Shown: positions 18,562-30,241 of the stretch, one piece after another | Position numbering within the stretch: position 1 is the stretch's first letter | Layout of the letters: each line of letters starts with the position of its first letter | Program-made: the position numbers and the translations under genes | Origin: an uncultured Candidatus Saccharibacteria bacterium | GTDB lineage: Bacteria; Patescibacteriota; Saccharimonadia; Saccharimonadales; EFPC-124 | Reading direction: 5' to 3' | Assembly: GCA_964405095.1 (NCBI GenBank) | Contig: CAYOML010000001.1 | Coordinates: 23,311-87,310, forward strand | Length of the DNA stretch: 64,000 bases | The notes under the pieces: model-generated | What the model was told of the DNA's origin: nothing | What the model saw: only the letters and a program-made list of their open reading frames with translations | Databases searched by the model: none

Positions 18562-18717
18562 TAGTTAACCTGATTCTAAAAACCTAATACTCATGGCCGG
18601 GTCCTGCCGAGCGGTCCGCCCCTAGTTTATATTTTTGGAATACCAAAGATAAAACCTGGGGCCGCCCCGCCGCTCGTCACCCCTTTAGTTATTTGGTTTT
18701 TAGAATCAAGTTAACTA
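18562..18717. repeat. Structured intergenic element, copy 1
   Basis: 23-bp terminal inverted repeat enclosing core GGGTCCTGCCGAGCGG..GCCCCT..hairpin..GGGG..CCGCTCGTCACCC. Confidence 0.85.
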
Positions 18718-19193
18718 GCCTTGATCCTGCTATAAGAATAATCTTTAGTCTTATGCCAAGTTCGACTCTGTGGGTCATAGGCCCGGACCTCGCCCTTGAT
18801 CTTGGCAATACGCACCAGGGCAGGGTTATATGGGGCAAGGTTTCTGTAGTAGCGCAGGTCATCATCTGACGTAATGTGCTTACCTGGGAACATGGCTTTA
18901 AACTTTTCACCACCGACACGATTAAAATAATCGGTTTCGCCATTTGGCGGCAAAAACTGGTCGGCTTCCAGGTTCATACGCATAACAATTTTCTGCACAT
19001 CATCGAGTAGCTGCGCCGCCTGAGATGCCACATAAAGCAAAACCTGCCCAGTAGTCGTTTTAAACAATGTGCCCTGGGCAGTAATCCCCACCGGTGCACT
19101 ACGAACAATCACCTCGGCAATATCTAGCACCACACCGAATTTTTCCTGGGCTGATTTTTCTATGGCTATATCACCAAAGATCTCGTCATTCAT
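18711..19193 (-). CDS. Hypothetical protein
   Basis: 160-aa ORF with normal composition. Confidence 0.7.
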   Translation of the reverse strand: MNDEIFGDIAIEKSAQEKFGVVLDIAEVIVRSAPVGITAQGTLFKTTTGQVLLYVASQAAQLLDDVQKIVMRMNLEADQFLPPNGETDYFNRVGGEKFKAMFPGKHITSDDDLRYYRNLAPYNPALVRIAKIKGEVRAYDPQSRTWHKTKDYSYSRIKAS

Positions 19194-19215
19194 ATTTTCA
19201 TTCTACTCCATAAGG

Positions 19216-19247
19216 CAAAAGGCACCTGCTGCTGGCGGTGCCTTTTG
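19216..19247. terminator. Intrinsic terminator
   Basis: caaaaggcacc...ggtgccttttg 11-bp stem. Confidence 0.7.
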
Positions 19248-19269
19248 GTTTGCATAACTAAGTCGTACC

Positions 19270-19848
19270 CTAATTTGCACCAGGTGATGGGGGAGTGGTG
19301 CTTGGTGGGGTTTCCTTTGGAGTCTGCATTGTACCACCACCGGCTGGCTTGGCAACGCCAGTGTAGTAGCTGCGGATCTGAAACAGTAAGTAAAGGCCGA
19401 TTACCGAGCCTATCAAGGCACCGATCAACGAACCAAAGTTAGTGTAACCAACGGCTTGAACAACGGCTTCGGCAGCGTTTAGCAAGCTAACCCAAAACAG
19501 CAGGTTCCAGCCACTCTTTTTGCGAGCCTGCAGAGCAGGAAAGGCCATAAAGAACAAGACAGCCTCTACAACAAGTACGGCCAGGCTAACCCACAACAGT
19601 GGTGCCATGCCAACCGGCGCTACGTAGCCAACACCGTAATACTGGCTAAACTGGTTGGTAACGGTTGCGACATCATTTGCCCAGCCAACCAGCTGCCACA
19701 AAGCCCAAGCTCCCCACAACATAACCACGCCACCCAGTAGGGTTAGCCATGGCATTGCCTTTACCAAACCCTCGCGGGCATTCGCAGGTAATTGGAATGG
19801 CGCCTTTTTGACGAGTAGCTCGTCTAATTTTTCTTCTAGTTGTCCCAT
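19270..19848 (-). CDS. Multi-pass membrane protein with Pro/Thr-rich tail
   Basis: About 4 TM helices; PFQLP and LFQIRSYY motifs. Confidence 0.75.
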   Translation of the reverse strand: MGQLEEKLDELLVKKAPFQLPANAREGLVKAMPWLTLLGGVVMLWGAWALWQLVGWANDVATVTNQFSQYYGVGYVAPVGMAPLLWVSLAVLVVEAVLFFMAFPALQARKKSGWNLLFWVSLLNAAEAVVQAVGYTNFGSLIGALIGSVIGLYLLFQIRSYYTGVAKPAGGGTMQTPKETPPSTTPPSPGAN

Positions 19849-19965
19849 AAGTTAAAACCCTCCAAGGTTGTTATGGCTTAAGCATAGCGCTTACGGAGCT
19901 TAACTACAAGTAGTTTTGACATCAGTTGCCGGTTATAAGGAGACCACTGTACAATTAGGGCACAA

Positions 19966-22900
19966 ATGACAGATTTTGACGAGGCTTACCAACAGCTTAA
20001 TAAAAACCAGCGCCGGGCAGTCGACACAATTGACGGTCCGGTGTTAGTTGTGGCTGGACCAGGTACCGGTAAAACACAGTTACTGAGCATGCGCGCCGCC
20101 CAAATCATTAGCCGCACCGATACGCTACCCAGTAATATCCTATGTTTGACTTTTACAGATTCTGCCGCGCTCGAAATGCGTCAGCGACTGATAAAACTGA
20201 TGGGTGCTGAGGGAAATCGGGTCGCGGTACACACATTCCATAGTTTTGGTGCCGAGATTATCAACACTCACCCCGAATATTTTTATAATGGCGCTCGCTT
20301 TAACCCGGCCGATGAACTTGCACGTTACGAACTACTGCGTGACATTTTTAAACATCTGCCACATTCTAACCCGCTAGCAAAAACCATGAACGACGAATTT
20401 ACAGCTCTAAAAGATAGCCGGGCAGCAATTTCACATCTTAAGCGGGCCGGTTTGCTCCCTAAAGAATTGCTGACAATTCTAGACCACAACACTAAGTTTG
20501 TAGATGCCGCCGAACCGCTGGTGAACGCGACATTTGCCAACCGGCTAAGCATCAAAGACATCCCAAATATCCAGCATTTGGCCGAGAAGTTAGCCGGTAT
20601 TGTTAAGAAAGTCAAAATCGCACCGTTATATGGTTACAAGAGCCTGGCCGAAGTGTGTACCCAATGTCTGGCGCAGGCCGCGGGTCAAGCCGCTGAATCG
20701 CGTAAAACCACGCCACTAACCGCTTGGCGCAATGACTGGTGCGAAAAAAACCATCTTGGTGAGTTGGTGTTTAAAGATCGCGCGCGCACTAAAAAACTGC
20801 GTGCTCTGGCTCATATCTACCAAAAATATTCGGCCTCGCTTAGCGAACACGAGCTATTTGATTTCGATGACATGGTCAGTTTAGTTGCGCACACTCTAGA
20901 GGTCACACCCGAGCTGCGCCTAAACTTGCAGGAGCAGTACTTATATATCATGGTGGACGAATTTCAAGACACCAACCGCGCGCAGTTGCGACTATTAACG
21001 GCTTTGACTGATAACCCGGTCAATGAGGGTCGCCCGAATATATTAGCTGTGGGCGACGACGACCAAGCAATCTATGCCTTCCAGGGCGCCGAGCTAAACA
21101 ACATTTTAGATTTTGCCGCTCACTACCACCAACCCGATATCGTTGTCCTAACCGACAATTACCGCTCTACGGCACCCATTTTGCAACATTCGCGCCAAGT
21201 CGTCACCAAGGCCACACAGCGTCTTGAGACCACTCTAGCTAACATCCAAAAGGATTTGAAGCCTCACAATGGCCACTCACCGACAGACGCAACTTTACAT
21301 CAATTTGTAACGATTAGTGACGAATACCGATGGGTATCAGAGGAGGTAAAACGCCAACTTAAAAGCGGTACTAGCCCGGATAATATTGCCGTGATTGCTC
21401 GCCACCACAAGCAACTGGTGCAGTTGGTACCGTATTTGCACGCCGCCGGTATTGCCGTGTTATATGAACGCCGCAACAACATTTTAGATAGTCCACATAT
21501 CCGCGAGCTGACAACTCTGGCCGAGGTAGTTGTTTATCTTGGAGACCAGCGCTATGACTTAGTTGAAGAACTACTACCCGAGCTGCTTAGTTATGATTTT
21601 TGGGGGCTTAAAACAACCGAGATCTGGCAACTTTCGCTAAAAGCTTACAAACAGCGGCGTATGTGGTTGGAGTTAATGGTTGAGACCGAAGGTAAATTGC
21701 ACCAGATTGCCGAGTTCCTGATTATGGCCTCACAACAAGCCTTGCACGCGCCATGCGAAACTATGCTCGATGTGCTAATCGGTAATGATGAGGTTCAGGT
21801 GTCCGATGACGGGCAAACCGACAACGACCAACCACTGGCTAAAACCCAAAACGAGGATTTTGCCTCGCCATACCGGGCATACTATTTCAACCAACCACGA
21901 CTGGCCTCCAACCCACAAGAATATCTGACACTGCTAAGCAATCTGCGCGCGCTACGCCAGGCTCTTCACAACTACCGCCCTGAATCGACAATCTATCTGC
22001 GCGATCTTATAGACTTCATCGAGCTCTGCCAGCGTACCGACACACCAATTGTCGACACAGCAACGGTCCAAGAAGCGCCGAGCGGCGTACACCTTTTAAC
22101 CGCCCATAAAGCCAAGGGCCAAGAATTCGAAACAGTTATTATTCTGAGCTGCCAAGACGAGATATGGGGCCGCCGGTCGCACCGACACGGTACTAGCCTC
22201 AGCTTTCCGGCTAACCTGCCGATCGAACCTGCCGGCCAACACTACGACGATGCTCTGCGCTTATTCTTTGTTGCTATGACCCGCGCCAAACACGACTTGC
22301 TATTAACCTACTACCAGATGGACGATGCAGGTAAAGAGGTGATATTAGCCGAATTCTTACAGGACAGCAGCCTGACGCCCAAAACGCACGGTGTCGACAC
22401 CACTCAAAAACCCGAGGAACTATCCATGGGCTGGCAGTTGCGTCATCTGACCCTGCCAAAAACTAACCAAAAAACCTTACTGCAACCTTTGCTCAATGTT
22501 TATCGGCTCAGTAGCACCCACCTAAATAATTTTATAGATGTGACTCGCGGCGGACCTCAGGCTTTTTTACTGCAGAATCTTCTTCGTTTCCCACAGGCGA
22601 TGACTCCGGCGCAAGCTTACGGGCACGCTATACACAGTGTGTTAGCCCGAGCCCATACACATCTAGCCGCGACTGGGGAACGTCGGCCAATCGAAGATGT
22701 GTTGCACGATTTTGAAATTCACTTGCAAAACGCGCACTTAGGCGAACATGATTTTGGCCACTGGCTCGAAAAGGGGAGTGATTCGCTACAAATGTATCTA
22801 AAAGAACGTTACGACACTTTCACTACGACTCAAAAAGCCGAACGCGACTTCGCCGGCCAAGAAGTGGTGGTTGATGGTGTGCGCCTGACCGGTAAAATCG

Positions 22901-23307
22901 ATTTGATGGGCATCGACACAAAAGCCAAAACCATAGTTGTAACCGATTACAAAACCGGCAAAGGCCACAGCACTTGGCGGGCAACAACCGATTACGAAGC
23001 AATTAAACTACATAAATACAAACAACAATTAATGTTTTATAAATTACTAATAGAAAATTCGCGTGATTATAGCGGCTATACCGTCACCATGGGCGTTCTA
23101 GAATCTGTTGAACCAGATAACAACGGGCGTCTGCACCGCCTGGAGTTGGAGTTCGATGCCGAAGAACTTAAAAACTTCACACAACTTTTGGGGGCAGTTT
23201 GGCGACATATTATGCAACTTGATCTGCCAGATACTAACGACTTGCCAGCAACTTATAAGGGTATCGTTGCCTTCGAAGACCAGCTAACTGCCCGAACGGA
23301 CAATTAG
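19966..23307 (+). CDS. UvrD/Rep-family SF1 helicase with C-terminal PD-(D/E)xK nuclease (AddA/AdnB-like)
   Basis: AGPGTGKT, VDEFQD, VGDDDQAIY, NYRS, TAHKAKGQEF, VAMTRAK; GKID..TDYKTG..QL.FY. Confidence 0.92.
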   Translation: MTDFDEAYQQLNKNQRRAVDTIDGPVLVVAGPGTGKTQLLSMRAAQIISRTDTLPSNILCLTFTDSAALEMRQRLIKLMGAEGNRVAVHTFHSFGAEIINTHPEYFYNGARFNPADELARYELLRDIFKHLPHSNPLAKTMNDEFTALKDSRAAISHLKRAGLLPKELLTILDHNTKFVDAAEPLVNATFANRLSIKDIPNIQHLAEKLAGIVKKVKIAPLYGYKSLAEVCTQCLAQAAGQAAESRKTTPLTAWRNDWCEKNHLGELVFKDRARTKKLRALAHIYQKYSASLSEHELFDFDDMVSLVAHTLEVTPELRLNLQEQYLYIMVDEFQDTNRAQLRLLTALTDNPVNEGRPNILAVGDDDQAIYAFQGAELNNILDFAAHYHQPDIVVLTDNYRSTAPILQHSRQVVTKATQRLETTLANIQKDLKPHNGHSPTDATLHQFVTISDEYRWVSEEVKRQLKSGTSPDNIAVIARHHKQLVQLVPYLHAAGIAVLYERRNNILDSPHIRELTTLAEVVVYLGDQRYDLVEELLPELLSYDFWGLKTTEIWQLSLKAYKQRRMWLELMVETEGKLHQIAEFLIMASQQALHAPCETMLDVLIGNDEVQVSDDGQTDNDQPLAKTQNEDFASPYRAYYFNQPRLASNPQEYLTLLSNLRALRQALHNYRPESTIYLRDLIDFIELCQRTDTPIVDTATVQEAPSGVHLLTAHKAKGQEFETVIILSCQDEIWGRRSHRHGTSLSFPANLPIEPAGQHYDDALRLFFVAMTRAKHDLLLTYYQMDDAGKEVILAEFLQDSSLTPKTHGVDTTQKPEELSMGWQLRHLTLPKTNQKTLLQPLLNVYRLSSTHLNNFIDVTRGGPQAFLLQNLLRFPQAMTPAQAYGHAIHSVLARAHTHLAATGERRPIEDVLHDFEIHLQNAHLGEHDFGHWLEKGSDSLQMYLKERYDTFTTTQKAERDFAGQEVVVDGVRLTGKIDLMGIDTKAKTIVVTDYKTGKGHSTWRATTDYEAIKLHKYKQQLMFYKLLIENSRDYSGYTVTMGVLESVEPDNNGRLHRLELEFDAEELKNFTQLLGAVWRHIMQLDLPDTNDLPATYKGIVAFEDQLTARTDN

Positions 23308-24429
23308 TTCTATTGAGCCATCGGTTAAGACCATTGCGGTTGCAATCGTGAACAAAAGCCGGCTGGTGATAAACCTGTCCCGCAGGTTTTTTGACTCTTC
23401 TTGTGACAGTGGTTTATCCCGATGATGCAATTGTGGAATTTTATCGGCCAGTTCGACCGAGCGCCAAAAATCATAGCCAAAGAGTTGCATTAGATGGTCG
23501 CTATCTACCGCGAACTGATCACGGTGAAAGGTCGTGTTACGAATAAGATTAATAACTAGTCCGACTTCGTTATGAGGCCCCATGAGTTTAGCAACACCGT
23601 CAGTAGTTTGCAGGCGTTCAATAGCATCCTGAGGGTAAGTGAAGCTACCTTTCTCGTCGTGAGCAAAATATGTCTCGGCATTACCTTGGATGAATAAAAA
23701 ACGTCCGAGTAGCTCGTTAACCATGGCTTCGCTGTAATTATCGCCCAGCAGTCTTTGGGCCAAACCCCGCAGTTGCATTTGGGCGGCAGGTGAGGTGAGA
23801 CGTTCGAGAATTTTGGGTATATTATCCATGGCACCACAGCCGGTTTTACCTTCGGGAGCGTGGTCGTCTATGTGCCCGCCGGCCTTCCACATTATTGAAT
23901 CAAGCAACGCCCGCATGTTATCAATATCTTGCATAAAAGTGTGATCGGTGATGCGATCGTTGTCGGTGGTGGGATCATAATCATCTTCCATTGGTCCGGT
24001 ATCGGACGCTCTTGCGCAAAGGCCACTGGTTTGTGTACCACCCGCTACCTGGGGGCCAAGTGGCCGGTGCTGTAGAGATTCATCTGTGTCGTAGTTACAG
24101 ATACAACGCCCGTCCATGCAACGAGTACGAGCCTCATTAGATGAATTAACGTAGTAGCGATGAAGATTCCTGCCTCTCAGTGCGTTAGCTAGGTCTTGGA
24201 TCGAAATCTCACCACGCCTTTTGATAACAGATATCGCCCCGGTCCAAACACGTTCCGGGTAACGGACAGGCACAACTTCACTTATTGGCCCGAGGTGTTC
24301 GTAGCTTGCGCGTGGTAGATGTTCACCACGCACGTTAATTTCATCTTCCCACTCAATAAAATCTGCCGCGGTTTGTTCCGCTCCAGGCATGTTTAATGTG
24401 TCGGATTGTGTTCTTGTTAATCTGTTCAT
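23284..24429 (-). CDS. Cadmium-type (zeta/CDCA-like) carbonic anhydrase homologue
   Basis: RCMDGR, GGHIDDH...GCGA and HNE motifs. Confidence 0.65.
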   Translation of the reverse strand: MNRLTRTQSDTLNMPGAEQTAADFIEWEDEINVRGEHLPRASYEHLGPISEVVPVRYPERVWTGAISVIKRRGEISIQDLANALRGRNLHRYYVNSSNEARTRCMDGRCICNYDTDESLQHRPLGPQVAGGTQTSGLCARASDTGPMEDDYDPTTDNDRITDHTFMQDIDNMRALLDSIMWKAGGHIDDHAPEGKTGCGAMDNIPKILERLTSPAAQMQLRGLAQRLLGDNYSEAMVNELLGRFLFIQGNAETYFAHDEKGSFTYPQDAIERLQTTDGVAKLMGPHNEVGLVINLIRNTTFHRDQFAVDSDHLMQLFGYDFWRSVELADKIPQLHHRDKPLSQEESKNLRDRFITSRLLFTIATAMVLTDGSIELIVRSGS

Positions 24430-24529
24430 AAAAGAAAAGCACTGGCACTCAGTGCAAAAGCTCTGGAGGCTAGACTACACTTTTAAGGCTAACTTGGCAA
24501 GTCTAACACTCTCTTGCGCACGCCCACAC

Positions 24530-24558
24530 TTGATGACATGACGCAAATATTCTATAAT
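24530..24558 (+). promoter_or_regulatory. Sigma70 promoter
   Basis: TTGATG-N17-TATAAT. Confidence 0.7.
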
Positions 24559-24609
24559 ATCAAACGCGCGGTAATTGCCGCACCGGTTGTCGTCTGGAAG
24601 GAGACGAGG

Positions 24610-24741
24610 ATGCCTCCCAAGAGGTGTGAAGGGTGCTGTACGAGGTGTCATGGCAGCTGTCAGCGTTCGCGCGGCGGCACAGGCACATGTTACGCCTGCA
24701 ACGGCACAGGTCACATGAATGGGTGTGAAGCTCGCAGGTAA
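24610..24741 (+). CDS. 43-aa Cys-rich zinc-finger-like mini-protein
   Basis: MPPKRCEGCCTRCHGSCQRSRGGTGTCYACNGTGHMNGCEARR; AAGGAG SD, promoter and downstream hairpin. Confidence 0.65.
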   Translation: MPPKRCEGCCTRCHGSCQRSRGGTGTCYACNGTGHMNGCEARR

Positions 24742-24756
24742 CTACCAGAGATCGGT

Positions 24757-24791
24757 GTTTCCATGGGTACTCCAAGAGTACCCATGGAAAC
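24757..24791. terminator. 16-bp perfect hairpin between convergent genes
   Basis: gtttccatgggtactc-caa-gagtacccatggaaac. Confidence 0.65.
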
Positions 24792-24823
24792 GCAAAAAAC
24801 TGCAATTATCTAGTAAGTAAGTC

Positions 24824-25248
24824 CTAGACGCGACGACGACGATGCTTGAGTTCGGCAACTTTAAGTCGGACTGCTTGGCGATCAATCATACCTTCGGCGC
24901 GAGCAAGTTCTACTTGGTCTTTGGCATTTTGTTTTAGTTCCTTGGCGCGGTCTAGTGCGGCGCGGGCATCGGCTTCGACAATCTCATCTTCGCGGTCGGC
25001 TTCGTCAACCAAGAGGCGGATGGTTTTGCCAGTAATCTCGGCTACGCCACCGTTAGTTGCAAAGATATCTAGATGTTCGTCGGTATCAGTTTTTTTGTGG
25101 CGTACGGTTATCACACCGGGGATCACCGTAGTAACCAATGGCATATGCTGATAATAAACCGCGATTTCGCCGTCGGCAGTTGGCAAGATTACCTCGTAGA
25201 CATCGGCTTGCAGTTTAGGACCAGTCAGTGTGACGAGCTCGAGCTTCA

Positions 25249-25249
<1 letters not shown>
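24824..25249 (-). CDS. atpC: ATP synthase F1 epsilon
   Basis: LELVT, LPT..GEI, HMPL and GG motifs; operon position. Confidence 0.93.
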
Positions 25250-26643
<1,394 letters not shown>

Positions 26644-26653
26644 CTACTATTGA

Positions 26654-27520
26654 TCATTTCATTGCCTCTGCGCCACCAGTAATTTCGGCTAGTTCTTGAG
26701 TGATTTTACCTTGGCGGGCGTTGTTATATTCTAGTGTGTAATCCTCAACCAGATCATTGGCGTTATCGGTAGCGTTTTTCATGGCCATCATGCGCATTGA
26801 TTGTTCGGAGGCCACCGATTCCAACACCGATTGCCAAAGTTGTGCTTCAAGCAAGTGGCGAGTGGTACTTTCTAACACATCTTCGACAGATGGCTCAAAG
26901 CTAGCCAAACGCAATTCCGGGCTGACTTCGGATTCGGTAAAGCCAGCCGGCAACAGGTGATGCAGATTTGGTTCCTGGCGAATACTGGAATAGTAGTGAG
27001 TGTAAATAACATCGGTCAAATCAATGCTGCCATCATTAAACATATCGATTGCAGTACGCACGATTGGCTGTAGATCGTTAACCGACAGTGTTTCTGGCAA
27101 GTGTTGGTACACACCGACCACCTCAGTTTCTTTAATGCGGGCAACAAACTGGGCAGCTTTTTGGCCAACACAAATAGTGTAGGTTTTGATCTTAGCTGTC
27201 TGGTCTTTGCGTAGCTCAGCTATGTAGGAACGCAGGGCATTGCTGTTATAGGCACCAGCCAAACCGCGATCGCTGGTAATAACCACCAATAGGCGAGCTT
27301 GCACATTGCGTTTTACAAATAATCCAAATTTTTCGATTTCGGTTACCTGGGCTAGGCGAGTCAGTAGCTGGCTGGCAACTTCACTATACAGGCGACTGCG
27401 CTGGGCGGCTTCCTGAGCCTTGCGCATGCGCGAAGCGGCCACCAACTGCATAGCCTTGGTAATCTGGCGTGTGCTTTTGATGGAGCCGATGCGGCGCTTG
27501 ATGGTAATAGTGTTAGCCAC
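26654..27520 (-). CDS. atpG: ATP synthase F1 gamma
   Basis: ITKAMQLVAAS, SDRGLAG, RMMAM..ATDNA, RQ..IT.EL.EI. Confidence 0.98.
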   Translation of the reverse strand: MANTITIKRRIGSIKSTRQITKAMQLVAASRMRKAQEAAQRSRLYSEVASQLLTRLAQVTEIEKFGLFVKRNVQARLLVVITSDRGLAGAYNSNALRSYIAELRKDQTAKIKTYTICVGQKAAQFVARIKETEVVGVYQHLPETLSVNDLQPIVRTAIDMFNDGSIDLTDVIYTHYYSSIRQEPNLHHLLPAGFTESEVSPELRLASFEPSVEDVLESTTRHLLEAQLWQSVLESVASEQSMRMMAMKNATDNANDLVEDYTLEYNNARQGKITQELAEITGGAEAMK

Positions 27521-27526
27521 TGGTTA

Positions 27527-29050
27527 TTACCCCTCGTAAGCCTTAGCGAGTTTAGCTGCTGTATCCATAATTAGCTTGCTGGTGGCTTCGCTAGGTTTGT
27601 CGCCCTTGTTTAATTCTTCCATGTCTTTAATGTGATCGGCTTGTAACTCGGCGAGCATCGATGCGGTTACGTCGTGTAGTTTAGCAACTGGCACGGCATC
27701 AAACGCACCTTGGGTAGCCGACATAAGCAAAGCGACTTCTTGCCAGACACTCATTGGTTTGTACTGTGGCTGCTTGAGCAGCTCGGTCAGACGCTGCCCG
27801 CGATTAATGCGCTTCTTGGTCTCGTCGTCGAGATCGGTACTAAACTGTGTAAAGGCGGCCAGTTCGCGGAACTGAGCCAGGTCTAGTTTAAGACCACCAC
27901 TAACACTTTTTAGTGCTTTGGTTTGCGCCGCGCCACCAACACGACTAACCGATAGACCAACCGAAATCGCCGGGCGAATGCCCTGATAGAACAAGTTGGT
28001 TTCCAGGAAAATCTGTCCGTCGGTGATACTAATGACGTTGGTTGGAATGTAGGCGCTAATATCGCCGGCTTGGGTTTCGATAATTGGCAGAGCAGTTAAG
28101 CTGCCGCCGCCAAGTTTGTCATTGAGTTTGGCCGCACGTTCCAACAAACGAGAGTGAAGATAGAAAACGTCACCAGGATATGCCTCGCGGCCGGGTGGAC
28201 GGCGAAGTAGCAATGACATCTGGCGGTAGGCGGCAGCGTGTTTACTAAGATCATCATAAATTACTAGAGCATGTTGCTTGTTGTCGCGGAAATATTCAGC
28301 AATGGCCGTGCCGGCATATGGTGCCAAATAGAGCAGAGAAGCCGGGTCGGCAGCGCTAGTAGCCACCACAATGGTCTGTTCCATAACGCCTTCTTCTTTG
28401 AGGCGCTCCACTAAACGACTAATCTTGCTAAGCTTTTGGCCAACGGCCACATAAACGTTAATGACACCGGTTTTTTGGCGACCTTGGTTAAGCATAGTGT
28501 CGACGGCAATGGCCGTTTTACCTGTTTGGCGGTCGCCAATGATTAACTCGCGCTGGCCAAGACCAATGGCCGTCAAGGCGTCAATGGCCATAATACCTGT
28601 GGCCAGAGGTTGGTGTACTGACTTGCGGTCGATAACACCTGGTGCGTTGCGCTCTACCGAGCCGCGCTCAGTGGTTTTAAGCGGCCCCTTGCCATCTAGC
28701 GGGCGCCCCAGCGGGTCGACGACACGGCCTAGCATTTCTTTGCCAACCGGCATGGTTAACACCGAGCCACTTAATTTAACGCGGGCGCCGGCGCGTACCT
28801 GGCTGTCATCACCGAGCAGTACGGCGCCGATTTCGTCTTCCATAAGGTTAAGAGCAAAGGCCTCGACTGGCTTGCCGTCGATACCGTCGATTTCGAGCAC
28901 CTCGTTAAAACCACAGTTATTTAGGCCGTAAATCCAGGCCACACCGTCACCGATACGCGTGACAATGCCAACTTCTTCGAGACCCTGACCGCTATGCAAC
29001 TGCTCGATAGCGGCCTTTAGCTCGCTGGATAAATCTTTGACTGTACTCAC
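27527..29050 (-). CDS. atpA: ATP synthase F1 alpha
   Basis: [37 protein letters not shown]. Confidence 0.99.
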   Translation of the reverse strand: MSTVKDLSSELKAAIEQLHSGQGLEEVGIVTRIGDGVAWIYGLNNCGFNEVLEIDGIDGKPVEAFALNLMEDEIGAVLLGDDSQVRAGARVKLSGSVLTMPVGKEMLGRVVDPLGRPLDGKGPLKTTERGSVERNAPGVIDRKSVHQPLATGIMAIDALTAIGLGQRELIIGDRQTGKTAIAVDTMLNQGRQKTGVINVYVAVGQKLSKISRLVERLKEEGVMEQTIVVATSAADPASLLYLAPYAGTAIAEYFRDNKQHALVIYDDLSKHAAAYRQMSLLLRRPPGREAYPGDVFYLHSRLLERAAKLNDKLGGGSLTALPIIETQAGDISAYIPTNVISITDGQIFLETNLFYQGIRPAISVGLSVSRVGGAAQTKALKSVSGGLKLDLAQFRELAAFTQFSTDLDDETKKRINRGQRLTELLKQPQYKPMSVWQEVALLMSATQGAFDAVPVAKLHDVTASMLAELQADHIKDMEELNKGDKPSEATSKLIMDTAAKLAKAYEG

Positions 29051-29451
29051 AATATTGTTCCTCCAAGGCTAATCTGTTTAAGCTGGCTTTTGGCACTAAG
29101 ATCAAGTTCCTGGCGCGACGTTCGGACCACCACACCACCTAACAGGTCTGAGTTGGCCTGTAACTCCAGTTCGACACTGGCTGCGCCGGTAGCGGCTTTC
29201 AGTAAGTCGGTGATGGCATCTTTAGTATTGACTGATAGGTCGAAAACGTAGTCAACCGTTGCGTCGAGCTGACCGCGTTGCAGGTAAAGTTCGTCGGCAA
29301 TGTCTTTCATTAACAAGTCTTGCTGATTAACAAGTTTGTTGGTAATCATGTAACCAGCTAGTTGCCGCACAATTTCACTGCTTTGACTTGGCTGTTCACC
29401 AAGCAAACGCACAACTTCACGAGCTAAACGGCGTCGACTGAGTTTAGCCAT
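29047..29451 (-). CDS. atpH: ATP synthase F1 delta (short form)
   Basis: [12 protein letters not shown]-terminal motif; operon position. Confidence 0.88.
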   Translation of the reverse strand: MAKLSRRRLAREVVRLLGEQPSQSSEIVRQLAGYMITNKLVNQQDLLMKDIADELYLQRGQLDATVDYVFDLSVNTKDAITDLLKAATGAASVELELQANSDLLGGVVVRTSRQELDLSAKSQLKQISLGGTIL

Positions 29452-29992
29452 TGAGTCGTTCCTTGGCGTTTTTGACGGCAGAATTAATCAGCGCCGAGTC
29501 TTTAGTGGCATCAAGTTTTTCACCAATAATGCGTTCTGTAGCCAGGGCCACAAGTTTGGCGGTTTCATCCTTAAGGGCATTGCGGGCTTTGCCAAGTTCT
29601 ATATCCATTTGGGCTTTGGCCTCAACTACAATATGCTCGGCACGTTTTGTAGCCTTGTTCTCGGCCTCTTGCAACATTTGCCCAGCTTCTTTATGGCTGG
29701 CAGCCACGACCTCGTCGGCTTGGGCACGAGCTTCGGTCAGTATGCCAGAAATGGTTTGTTCAGTTTTTTTGAGCTTAGCCTCGATTTCGGCGGCCTGTTG
29801 GATGCTATCTTCGACAGTTTTGCGCCGCGCCTCTAAAGTATCCACTAATTTACCGAAGGCGAATTTGCGCAAAATAAGCAGCACGATAACAAAACTAAGT
29901 AACTGAAATAAAAACGCCGGGATATTAAAGCCCAGAGCGGCAATGCCGCTGGGGGCCTCTTCGGCTGCAAATTGAGCAAGCGGTAGAATCAC
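29444..29992 (-). CDS. atpF: ATP synthase F0 subunit b
   Basis: TM helix, LEARR and coiled coil; GTG start at 29992 after AAGGA. Confidence 0.92.
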   Translation of the reverse strand: MILPLAQFAAEEAPSGIAALGFNIPAFLFQLLSFVIVLLILRKFAFGKLVDTLEARRKTVEDSIQQAAEIEAKLKKTEQTISGILTEARAQADEVVAASHKEAGQMLQEAENKATKRAEHIVVEAKAQMDIELGKARNALKDETAKLVALATERIIGEKLDATKDSALINSAVKNAKERLNG

Positions 29993-30002
29993 TGTGCGTT
30001 CC

Positions 30003-30221
30003 TTAACCTGTGGTGAACACAATCAGTAATACGAATGCGAGTACTGCGTCGACCAAGCCAGCCATAATGAAAGCAGCTGACAATACTTTACCCTGTACTT
30101 CTGGGTTACGACCGATCGACTTAACAGCCGATGCACCAATTAAACCAACACCAATAGCTGGCCCAATTGCGCCAAAACCTATGGCGAGTCCTTTTACTAA
30201 TGCGGGGTCTATATGTTCCAT
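30003..30221 (-). CDS. atpE: ATP synthase F0 subunit c
   Basis: GxGxG motif, RNPE loop, ion-binding Asp (GLVDA). Confidence 0.95.
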   Translation of the reverse strand: MEHIDPALVKGLAIGFGAIGPAIGVGLIGASAVKSIGRNPEVQGKVLSAAFIMAGLVDAVLAFVLLIVFTTG

Positions 30222-30241
30222 CTCTTTATCTCCTTACTTTC

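Noticed and set aside
18562-18717. Structured element as an integron attC site, retron msr-msd or HDV-like ribozyme
   Set aside because: RYYYAAC/GTTRRRY ends are not shared by the three copies. No integrase or reverse transcriptase is in the window, and I could not build the HDV nested pseudoknot despite the GGCCGG start.
26654-29050. Alternative genetic code (TGA=Gly as in Gracilibacteria/SR1)
   Set aside because: Conserved genes such as atpG and atpH end at TGA at the expected lengths, and no in-frame TGA interrupts them.
30003-30221. Na+-coupled ATP synthase
   Set aside because: The c subunit has GLVDA and lacks the Q..ES/T sodium signature, consistent with H+ coupling.
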